Assembly (NCBI GenBank): GCA_038087875.1 | Contig: JAXLNO010000293.1 | Location: forward strand, 62,001 to 126,000 | Source: Malacoraja senta | Lineage: Eukaryota | DNA: 64,000 bases | Direction: 5' to 3' | Shown: positions 51,390 to 62,591 of the stretch, in pieces | Numbering within the stretch: the first letter of the stretch is position 1 | Layout: every line of letters begins with the position of its first letter | The notes under the pieces: generated by a model | The model's database searches: none | What the model saw: the letters and a program-made list of their open reading frames with translations, nothing else | Told to the model about the DNA's origin: nothing | Program-made: the position numbers and the translations under genes

Positions 51390-52731
51390 CCTGGTAGGGC
51401 GTGGTCCCGCACAGGGATCATGCGGCCACCCCGTACATCTACTAACAGGGAGAACGCGCGCAAGAAATCGTCCCCCAGGATCGGTTGGGCGACGACAGCA
51501 ACGATAAACTTCCACCTGTACTGGTGGGAGTCGAAATTTAGTTTCGCGGTCCGCGTACCGTAAGTGCGAATCTCGCTCCCGTTAACGGCCAAAAGGACGG
51601 GTCCCACCTTACCACCACGAACGTCTCGGGCGCTTGGAGGCAGGATACTGGCATGGGCACCTGAGTCCACCAGGAAACGGTGGCCGGAATGGCGATCACG
51701 GACAAAGCGGCGTACGTTGGGGCCGATCGGCTTGCGCATTTCCCGGAAACGAACAAGGGCTCCGACATCTTCGGGCTTCTGTTCCGTAGTGTTGGTGGTA
51801 GTAGCACCATCTGCATTGGGTGTAGACCACTGGCCGCGGCGATTCGTCTTTGGTGCTGGGCTGGGTCTCTTCCTCTTCCCGATGTTGGTTCGGCTGCACC
51901 CGTTGCGTGACCATGGGGTGGGCGACGCAGTATACGTCTCGCCGTCTGAGCACCCACAGCTCGTCGGCTCTTTCTGCGAGCCGCTGCGGGTCGCTGAACT
52001 CGGCTCCCGCTAGCATTAGCTGCACTTCGTCAGGCATCTGCTCTAAGAACGCTTGTTCGTAAAGCAAGCGGGGCGGTGCCCGTCCATAAGGGCCAACATC
52101 TTTGCCATGATCGTCAATGGCCTTCGGTCGCCGATGCAGTCCATATGTAGCAGTCTTGCCGCCCTGTCTCTATGGGTAAGACCGTAGGCATGGAATAACA
52201 GGGCTTTCAACGCTTAGTACTTGCCGTTGGACGGAGGGTCTCTGATAAAGGGCAACAGCCTCGAGGCACAGTCCTGTGGTAATGCTCCTACCACATGAAA
52301 ATACATAGTGTCGTCATGGTCGATGCGATGTAGGTGAAACTGTGCCTCCACATGGGCGAACCACACCTGAGGTTGATCAGGCCAAAAGGCCAGCAGTTTG
52401 TAAGCTGGTGAGCCCTGCCTGTTGCTGGCCGATTCTGCGGGAAGACCTTATTCTTGCATAATTCCTGTTGTCTAACGACGACTAGACAGGTCGGGGTCAC
52501 CAATTTGGCGGTCTGATAAACGACTCCTGGAGTTTTCAACAATACTTTAATTGAAAGCTCAAGTAGCAGCATGCAGGTTTATCAGACACGTCTGGCCACA
52601 TCGGTGGTCAGCGCTGAACTAACGCGCTCAAGGGAAAAACCGCGTGAAAACAACAGCCCCTCCCGAGTCACGTGACCGCGGCTTCAGAAAGCCGGGTTCG
52701 ATATCTGCTTGCGCTAGCAGGCGCCGCTACA
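51390..52731 (-). mobile_element. Second Gypsy element, 5' LTR + gag + protease, truncated
   Basis: LTR 52731-52506 (TG..CA), tRNA-Trp-type PBS tggtgaccccgac, gag FWPDQPQVWFAHVEAQF, C.YH..YG..AR.C..PC, protease FLVDSGA..ILGDDFL. Confidence 0.88.
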
Positions 52732-52739
52732 GGTCCTTG

Positions 52740-53145
52740 CTAGTCTGCAGACCTCTCCCCTTGCCCTCGCTCAGGACCCTCTCGGCGGTCGCTGGCAAGT
52801 TTCACAGCCCAGATCCTCCGCCTCCGCAGTCCCCCTCCCCTCCGCCGGGAGACAGACAGACAGACAGGCTCGGCCGCAAGGCGCTGGGCTCTGCTCTGTT
52901 GCTGCGCTAAGCTGCCACTGCCCGGTCCGCCTTCACTTTGGTCTCTGGCGAGCGGACCCCGCGGCCGCCCGACCGACCCAGTCCCAGCGCTGCGTCTCCC
53001 CCGTGCCCGCGCACCACCATCCGCTTCAATGGGAGCCGGCGAGCCGCGCTCGCTCCCGCGACCATCCCTGTGCTCACCCGGGTCCTAGCGCACGCCGCTC
53101 AACACCAACTTCTCAAGAAGCCCGACACGTCTCGTAGGTCTCACT
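52740..53145 (-). promoter_or_regulatory. CpG island with candidate non-coding first exon (donor after 53078), probably of the NELFE fragment
   Basis: CpG-rich. Minus strand reads cccgg|gtgagc. Lies upstream of the NELFE exon on the same strand. Confidence 0.45.
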
Positions 53146-53384
53146 GACAACTTTAAAATAAAATTTAAATCGTTCTCAATGTTAAGTGAAACATTTAGTC
53201 GACCTGCCACTAAACCTTTATTTTTAAAGAAATTTAGGAAAACGTCACCCATTGCTTCTCTTCAGAGATGCTGCCTGTCCCACTGAGTTACTCCAGCATT
53301 TTGTGTCTATCTTTGATTTAAACCCGCATCTGCAGTTCCTTCCTATATATATTCCCTATCTTTACAGAGTTATAGAGGACCAAT

Positions 53385-54557
53385 AAGTCGGAGTGGGAGT
53401 CAGTGGGGGCAATCAGGTCAAACCCTCCCTGTACATGGACGATGTCACCGTCTTCTGCACGGACCCAAGATGCCCAATGTCGCCCTCACCCTGATGGCCA
53501 CCTTCGTGTCTGGCTGCATCAGGCGGAGCATGGAGCCAAGGCAAGTGGGCACCAAGTGTCACTATCTGCTGAGGTTCTACCTGTCCCCGGTGTTGCGAAG
53601 GATGGGCCTGGCGCAGATGCCACGCAATGTGTCACTCAGCTGGACATTGCCGCCCCATCTGTCGTTCGTGGAAAGGTTCTTCCGGACCAAGACCTTTGAC
53701 CACAAGTCCATCAGGCAGTGGTCAGTACGGAACGTGCTGCAGGCACTGCAGGGAAAGGACTCGATGGATCCGGTGGTGTGGTTCCCAGAGCAGACTGCCT
53801 AGCTTGTCTGGCGAAATGCCTCATCGCCAGAACTCACCAACAAGCACCAAGCCCTGGCTTGGCTGGCGGTGAGGAGAGCCATCCCAGTCAGATCCTTCCT
53901 GCACCGTCGGAACCTCACTACCAGCGCACGCTGCCCTCGGGACGGCTGCTACGGAGAGGAGACGGTTGCCCACCTCTTCGCAGAGTGTGGATTCACAAAG
54001 AGAGTCTGGAGAGGTCTGCAAGGGTCCCTGTCACGGTTTATTCCGAACAGTTCCATCACAGAGGACTCTGTGATTTACGGACTGCTCCCAGGGACGCATT
54101 CAGAGACGGACATCGAGTGCTGCTGGAAGGTCATCAACTCGGTGAAAGATGCTCTTTGGTCTGCCCGAGCGTTGTTGACCACCCAGCAGAGCGACATGTC
54201 CGTCGGGGAATGTTGCCGACTGGCCCGCTGCAGACTACAGGAGTAAGTGCTGAGGGACGCACAGAAGCTCGGTGCAGCCAACGCCAAGGCTTGGTGGGGG
54301 AGGACCACAGTCTAGGGTCCTTCCGCTGCTCGACATGGGGGGCAGGGTGTGTTGGAGACGCCCCTCAAAATAAGGGATGGGATTCCACAGCCACGAGGGC
54401 CACATGAGTGGCAAGGGTGGGGGTAAAATTGTGAAATTTGAGCAATGTATATAAACAGTATTGAATGTTTGTACAGCCACCGGAAATGTCGGATGAATAT
54501 TTTTGTTTTTGCACGGTTCATGTAATGTATATATTTATTACTTGAATAAAGTCTATT
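53385..54557 (+). mobile_element. L1/Tx1-clade LINE 3' part (zf-RVT region and 3' UTR); mirrored 3' UTR at about 45470-45726
   Basis: YMDD remnant at about 53432; WLAVRRAIPVRSFL..ARCPRDGC..EETVAHLFAEC; KDALWSAR; ends aataaagtctatt. Confidence 0.82.
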
Positions 54558-55239
54558 GTGGGGGGGGGGGGAGTGAACAAAACTGAACATGTTACTCCAA
54601 ACTGACCATCCTTAATATGAAACTATGCACAGTTTCTCCAAATATAGATGCATCTGAAGACTGGAGCGTGAGAGACGAGTGTACTGATGTGGATTAAAAT
54701 ATATTTACTTCCATCTTGATCCCGGGCTGTGAACGGAGATGCAGGCGGCGGGTTCCACTGCCCAACAGGTGCAACGCCCCCTCAATTACACCTCCTTAGC
54801 GCTGGTCCCTGTCCCTTTCGTGTCCTGCCTTAGGCAATCCCAGGGCAATCTCGTTCAAGAAGGAACTGCAGATGCTGGAGAATCGAAGGTAGATGGAGAA
54901 AATTGCTGGAGAAACTCAGCGGGTGCGGCAGCATCTATGGAGCGAAGGAAATAGGCAACGTTTCGGGCTGAACCCCTTCTTCACTCCTATTTCCTTCGCT
55001 CCATAGATGCTGCCGCACCCACTGAGTTTCTCCAGCTATTTTGTCTACCCAGGGCAATCTCTCCGCTTTCGTCTATCTTCAGGCCGGTTTAATATCTAAC
55101 TGACCCCTCCCGCGTGTGTGATTAGTTGGAAGCGGCCAGGACACTGAACACTGAACACTTGCAGCCAAATAACATTCATTCCCCGAGACTGCAGCGCGCG
55201 CAGTGGAAAACACTTTGAACCAGGAGTGCCGGAGTTAAA

Positions 55240-58200
55240 ATGGCTACGAAATAAATTTTCGAGAGTTTAACGGAGGAGGCAGTTTGTCCCATCTGCCTGG
55301 ATTTCTTCACCGATCCGGTGTCACTGGAGTGTGGGCACAACTTCTGCCGCCCATGCATCACACAGAGTTGGGACAGGGAGGGGAAAAACTCCTGCCCGGA
55401 ATGTAGAGAGGAGTTTGTCGACCGCACCCTCAGGATTAGTTGGGCCTTGGCGAGACTGTCTGAGAAAGCTCGAACACTGAGCCTGAATCAGACAGAGAAG
55501 GGAAGTAAACTTCAGTGCGAGAAACATCAGGAAGAACTGAAGCTGTTTTGTGAAACGGACAAGAAACTGATCTGTGTGGTTTGTGTGGGTGGGCGGGATC
55601 ACAGAGATCACCGCTTCATGAACGTAGATGAAGCTGTTGAAACCTACAAGGTAAAAGCAAACCGATGTTGATCACATCATTGTGTCATGTTTTGTTTACG
55701 TTCTGACATTTTTCTTCTCTGATCTGAAACCCAACCCCAGGATCAGGTGAAATCTTCCTTCCAATCTCTCACAATAAAGAAATCAGAGATCGAGCAAATG
55801 GAGCAGCAACAGAAAGAGAAGATTTCTGTTGTTCTGGTGAGGTTTTCCAATTTAGATTTCCTGATCTTGTGTAGTTTTCATCAATGTGATGCGTGTAACG
55901 TTAAGACACCTCTCTACAGCACAAGAGACGAGGGTTGGAGCTATAGAGATAGAGACTGGGCGGGCAGGTACTGACTGTAGATAGAATGGATGTGGAAAGA
56001 ATGTTTCCACTGGCGGAACTGTAGGACCGGAGGTTATAGCCTCAGAATTAAAGGGAGCTCTTTTAGAAAGGAGGTGAAGAGAAACTTAGAAAAGCGGTCA
56101 CGGTGGCGCAGCGATTGAGTTGCTGCCTCACAATGAATGCAACGCCGGAGACCCAGGTTGGATCCTGACTACGGGTGCTGTCTGAACGGAGTTTGTACGT
56201 TCTCCCCGTGATGTTTTCTCCGAGATCTTCGGTTTCCTCCCACACTCCAAAGGTTTGTAGGTTGATTGGCTTGGTAAATGTAAAAATTGTTAATGTGTGG
56301 GGATTGCTGGTCGGCGCGTACTCAATGGGCCGAAGGGCCTGTTTCCACGTTATTTCTAAACTAAAAAAAATCCTAAACTTATTTTCTCAGAGGGTAATTA
56401 ATCTATGGAACTCGTTGGACATGTTGGGTCAAATGGCTTATTTCTGTGCTCCATGCCACAAGGTTGATTGGACAACTATCCCCTTGCATATCGTTAGGAA
56501 ACAATACAGTGACATTATATATTGATCTTCACCTTTCATTTCACAGGAAGAGTCACACAACCTTCAGTCACAGATCACATCCCAGTTTGCTGAACTGCAT
56601 CAGATTTTCACTGAGAAACAGCAGTGTGTACTCGCAGATATCCGGGAAGAAGAATTGAAAATTCGGAACGCAATGGAGAAAAGACTTCAAGAGATTCAAG
56701 CAAATTTAAATTCCATCCAAAAGGAACTCTCAACGTTGCAGGAACAGATAGGTCAAAAATACAACAGAATATTTCTGAAGGTGAGGGGTTACACTACAGT
56801 TAGGTGAAGTGAAACTGCACAGTCACAACATGGTTGGTGACATTTCTGAAATTAATGCATTATTTACCAGTAATTCAGAGCTGGGTCAATGTTCCGTCTG
56901 TTCCAGCGATGTGCTGCCGTTATTCCCAAACTAAATGGCCTCCTGCATAAATTATGGTATCTCAGAACAGGCTGCAAACTCCTTGAGAAAGAGTCGCTGT
57001 GATCTTGTCACTGAGTTCGTGAGCGTGTAATATTTCCCCGAAAAGAAGGAAAATCTGCAGGAAGCATAAGACCACGGGGAAAGTCATCTGTATGGTCAGC
57101 ATTAGAGGAAAAGGAGTTTGTGGTGTTCGAACATCCCCGTGAAGGCAGGCTAGGATACACATTGGAATTTGTCCTCCTTAACAGCACTTAATTGGACCTG
57201 TTATATCCCCAGTTATCCTTTTGCTCTTAAAGGGAAATAGTTCCCCCGGTTATTCTTCTGCTGGTAATATACTTGTAGAAACTTGTAGGGGGATTTGTCA
57301 CAATTATCCAAGCCACATCGAGAGCATTTTGCCTAGCTTTCATGACCTTAACCATGAAATGATGTTACAGCATTGGAGGCAAAACAAAACTGAATCACCG
57401 GGATAATTGCAGGATGAGGGGCTTGTCTCATCAGCAGGGTTTATCGAGGTTGGATCGATATTCCTTGCGGTTTAAAAGAATGAAGAGTCGTTTTACCATT
57501 GTCCCCAAGGTCCACGACTGAATAGAGAGCAGTAAATCTCTGGAATTGTCCAACCCAGATACTTTTGGGGATTGAAACTGTCAGCAGTATTTGAACCAGA
57601 AGGAGCGACATTTTATTTGAAAATTCCAGGAATTGACCATGAGGGGAATGGGAAAAAACGGGCAGTTCTGTCCTGGTCAAGATTAGCCATGACCACATGG
57701 TGGGAATTAACATTGAAATCTAGAACGTGGCGCACACATCATCACTTATCTTCTGTCATCCATGAATTGAACATGCAGGGAATGGGGCAAGCAGGGGGAA
57801 ATCTATTGTGCTTTTCCTGCTTCCTCTTCAATATATCTCCAATATTGGCTTTGCCCACTTTTGTGTGAATGAGTTCCACGTTCCCTTTGCTGCATGACTA
57901 ATGGGATTTATTAAAGGCCATCCCATGTTTCATCTTTGAATTTTGGGCTCCCTAAAAGTAGTTGCTTCTTTTTGCGTATGGCGTGCACAGCCCAAAGTTG
58001 TAGGACAACTTGTTCTATTTGATCTTATTTGATTGTGCACGCCGGGTTAATTGCATTCGTCGAAACAGGGCGGACCACGTGAAGGTTGCAATCTCCCACC
58101 CCCCTAAAAGTAGCAATATTATTTGTCCCCCCACCCATTTAAATCCACAGATAATCTTATTCTTCTCATTCCTGCCCGTAACTTGCACCCTCTCAATGAT

Positions 58201-61200
58201 GGCATCATTTTGAAGTACATTCCTTGTGGTTACCCCCGTGGTTCTTTGTCCCGACGGAATTATCCTTTAAAAGTCTGTGTGGCTGCCGCAATAAGAGTTG
58301 GTAAATAGGAATCTTGTGGCAATTTGCGTGCCATTTCTGCTGTCGTGATGTGGATGTTCTGTCTCAGTTACTCAGATGTGTGTCTTATTTCTTGCAGGAG
58401 GCAGCTGGTCGGAAAAGGAGGTACGACACGCTCTTGATTGAAACGCTGCATGTTTTGTAGAACAGCTCCGAAAATGTTGACGCTCAGATTTTAACAAGCT
58501 GTTAAATATTTGCAGGGTTAGTGATGAAGCTCGTACATTGTCAGTGACAGATGGTGTCTTGCCGATTGAAAAGATTCATCACCACTTTGTGTTGAACACG
58601 TTGTGGAGAGAAACTTGTGCCATTCAGCGAGGTAAAACTTGTTCAGTTTCCATTCTTCTTATTGATTACACCTTTAAGTACCACAAATGCAAACATTACA
58701 CCGTAATTGCACTCACCTCTGCCTCTGGTATCTCGTTTTATCTCTCCACCGTCCACTGTCTGAAAACATTGACCTTCAATGCCTTTTCCAACTTTACCAT
58801 CTCACCTTAAATTGATGCCCTCAGTATTTAGACTTTAGAAAATTCTGTCTTCCATTCTTCAGCCCATTACACCTGCTAATTAAGATCACATTTCATCCCA
58901 GGTCATCTTCTTCACTGTCCATGACGCCACCAATGTTAGTTTCCTCCACAAATCTACTAACCGTGGCACCCACATACTCATACAAAGCGTTCGTATAAAT
59001 AATGACCGTCAATGGAGATAGAGTCGAGCTCTAAGGCACACCCTTTGCGAGAGCCTCCAGTCTGAAAAGCATTCCTCCACCACCCACCAGGAGACACTGC
59101 CTTCAGACCACGGTTGTGCTCCATTGTGTAATTCGCCCCGGATTCGATCAGATCCAAGTATCCAGTCCACGCACCACGCAGAGGGTTGACGTTTTTTATC
59201 CAACATAGCAGTAAATATCTGGAATTGATGGTGACAGGCCAGATTTTTGGATGTAGGTGAAGGGAAAATATTTGGATACTGGAAAGATCATTAAATTGAT
59301 GGTTATGGGGAAGTCACTCTGAAGAGGAACTGGAGCCAGCTTCGATCAGCCACTATCACATTGAACAGAGGATAGGCTTGAGAGGCGGAGCCTACTCCGC
59401 ACCCATTTTCTTCCTGTCTTATGTGTTTTTCCACTTATACAAAGATAAACTTTGCACAGAGCGAATGTAGCAACGATTGACAATACTTGGTTCCGTAATG
59501 ATATTTGTTGTGCGGGTGATATTGAGTAGACTCGGCCTGTGTGCTCGAGAGTTCAATTGTATTTGATGAGATCTCTGGGAAATACAAAGTTCCTACACTG
59601 TTCAGTGGGCTGGATGCAGGGAGGATGCTTCCCCCTGTCTGAGGGGTCTGGAGCCAGCGGACACCCTCTCATAATATGGGCTGGAACTTTTAGGACAGAG
59701 ACAAGGAGACATTACTGCACGCAGAGACTGGGCAAACTTTGGAATTCCCTGCACCGGTGGCTGTGGATAATTAGTCATTCAGTGCTCTTGGAGCCAGAGC
59801 CATGGTTGGACATTACAGAGTCAGGCCCTTCAGCCATCGCGTTCATGACCACCCAGCCATTCTAATCCTATTTGCCCACATTAAAAACATATTATTCTAC
59901 ACCTCGTTTGCTAAATCGGAATGCCTCTTATATGTAGTGATTACATGTGATTCCACCACCTCTTCAGGCAAAATATTCCAGGTATTAACAACTCCGTGTG
60001 TAAAGAAAACTTACCACTCAGATCCACTTTAAAACTCCATCCTCTCGTGTTAAACCCGCTCCCTCCAGTTTTGATATCGCTGTACGAACATAAGGTTTCG
60101 ATGATCCAGCCTACATCCCGCTGCAGACTTTGACAGACTTCCTTGCTATCCCCAACATTACCCGTTCTCCAGAAACTTAGTAGTCACACCTCCTACATTC
60201 ACATCCAAGCCATGAAAATGTAAAATAAACAGCAAAGGTTGCAGCACCGATCGTCTTAGATCCCACCTGCCTTCGCCTTCTGGAAAACATAGCAGCCTTA
60301 CATGCAAAACATAGTCAAGTCCCCCAGTGAAGTTCATATATTGCATCACAATGAGATCAGAGTGTTCTTTGTTATACAGACGCATCAAATCCACCCTCCT
60401 CAAAAGAAAGCAAGAAAACAGCAGCAGATTGCCTCGCCCGTCCAGTCCACTCCCATTCAGTATAATCACGGCAAATCCACCCCACATCTCTACATCCTCT
60501 TTATCCACCTCTAATCACCACTCACACCACTCTCCTCATCTTCCAATCTGCCTCTCCTTCGCCATCTACTGGCAAGATGTTTGAATACCCGCCTTATTTC
60601 TCCATCCCCACCTGCAATCTCTCGTTCATCCTCACTTTCCGCATTGGTTTCCCATCCGCACGCCTCGCCCGCTCCCGTTCCCGATAACCCGCGGAATTCC
60701 CCCTCTCCTACCCTGTTGCGAAACTCCGGGAGAGATGTCTGTTGTCCACCCGATGTGGTTGGGGTGAAACCCCGGACAAGGTGTCAGTTGTACTCCCGCC
60801 TGTGCCCGAGGCCGAGCGGCCTCTCCCCCGGTCCCGGGGCCGCGCTGCCCGAGTCTCCCCCTGAACCCCGGGGACTCGGCGATTCTCTGCTTCTCCCCCC
60901 AGTCTCCGTCACCCTGGATGTGGAAACAGCGCATCCGTGGCTCGAAGTGTCTGAGGATCGGAAGAGGGTGAGAGGGACCGGGACCTGCAGGAGTCTCCCT
61001 GACACCGGGAAGAGGTTTACATACATGCAGTGTGTGTGTGTACTGGGATCGGAGGGATTCACATCGGGGAGACATTACTGGGAGGTGGAGGTGGCGGGGA
61101 GTCAGGTCTGGAGTCTGGGAGTCGCCGCAGAGTCTGTGGAGAGGAAGAGACAGGTCACACTGACCCCGGAGACTGGAGTCTGGATCATCGGGCGGCGGGA

Positions 61201-61438
61201 TGACGTGTTTGATGCACTCACCTCCCCTCCATTCCCTCTCCACGCCCGTCCCATCCCCGGGAGGGTGGGAGATTATCTCAGTTACGAGTCCGGGACAGTT
61301 TCATTTTGCGACGCGGACACTAAGTCCCATCTCCACACCTTCAATGGGATTAAATTCACGGATAAACTATATCCTTACTTCGAGTATTATAGTGGAAGCT
61401 GGCTGAGAATCTGCTCCGGTTCCGCTCCGGGTGTGTAA
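55240..61438 (+). pseudogene. TRIM copy D, intact except for a TAA at codon 5
   Basis: Exons 55240-55650 (411), 55741-55836 (96), 56547-56780 (234), 58398-58420 (23), 58516-58631 (116) and 60903-61438 (536), all GT-AG and in frame. Start reads atg gct acg aaa TAA att, where copy B has gaa atg. RING and B-box ligands intact. Confidence 0.85.
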
Positions 61439-62591
61439 AAGGGTCGGGTCCCGGGACCGGCGTCAGGAGCGCGACTCAGCCAGGGGCTGTGGGGCAGAAA
61501 CCCGGTGGACAACAGGTCGGCGCTGAAACCCCAGTGAGTGAGCGCGGAAATAAAACCAGGGGGAATGTAAATATGGGAAGAGTGAAATAAACAGCAACTG
61601 AAATCAGAGCTGTCTGTTGATCCGTTCATTTTAACGCGTTAACCGCGTCCGTCAACGGAACAGAAATTACTTTTGTGAAAATATAAAGATTGAAACAATC
61701 ACCCTTCCCGCGGGTTCAGCAGCAACCGCGGGCGGCGGGTCCTGAGCTCCGGACTCCCCCGGGGCCTAAACTCCCCCCGAGTCTCAACGCGGCACAAGCG
61801 GTGTTGGTGCGGACTTCAACAGCGGCGTAAAGGCGAGTTTGGGGGCAGGTGGAGATAGAAGTGCGGAATGAAATCGGAAATTCCCTGATGTGAGAGAAAT
61901 CAAAGTGAATATTGGAAAAGGTAGATACAAGAAATCAGTTGAAATAGTTGAGGGGGAAAAAAAACAAAGTGCTGGAGGGACTCAGCGGGCCAGGCAGCAT
62001 CTGTGGAGGGAAATGGACCGACCACGCTTCGGGGTCGGGTCACTTCTTTGGTCTGAAAAAGGAATTCCAAGAGCTACAGGTTCGCTATATCAGAGTGAAT
62101 GAATTGGTGTTGATGTCGTTCGGAAGAGGGCGGTAAAGATCTGACTAGGGTGGTGTAAATAGGAGGGAGGAATGAAATCGGAAATTACTTGAAGGCAGAA
62201 GAATAAAGCTGAATGTTGGGAGTGGGAGATACAGTGGGTCTCTCGGTGTTGTTGTTGATGGCCATGCCGAAATAGAACAGGCTCTAGAACAGGCTCTTCG
62301 GCCCACAAGAACAGTGAGAAGAAGGAATGACTGACTGGGGTGGGACAAGTATTTGATTATGTTGGCTGCTTTTCCATGATCTTAGAGGGGTGATCTTAGA
62401 AGAGATGTAAAAATCATGAGAGGAATAGATCGGGTAGACGCACAGAGTCTCTTGCCAAGAGTAGGAAAATGAAAGACAAGAGGCATAGGTTCCAGGTAAG
62501 GGTAGGAAGATTTAATTTACCTGACGGGTAACTTTGTTCACACAATTGGTGGTGAGTGCGTGGATTGAGCTGCTGGAGGAGGTAGTCGAGT

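Noticed and set aside
52745..52790. Minus-strand LSEGKGRGLQ as a remnant of the NELFE LSEEEEALQ segment
   Set aside because: Length and residues differ and there is no ATG or acceptor; likely chance in GC-rich DNA.
60581..60902. 285-aa single-exon PRY-SPRY ORFs (also 38529-39386 and 26471-27142)
   Set aside because: They begin at non-ATG codons and the N-terminal part is GC-rich intron read-through; a clear acceptor precedes the V-S-V-T-L-D exon.
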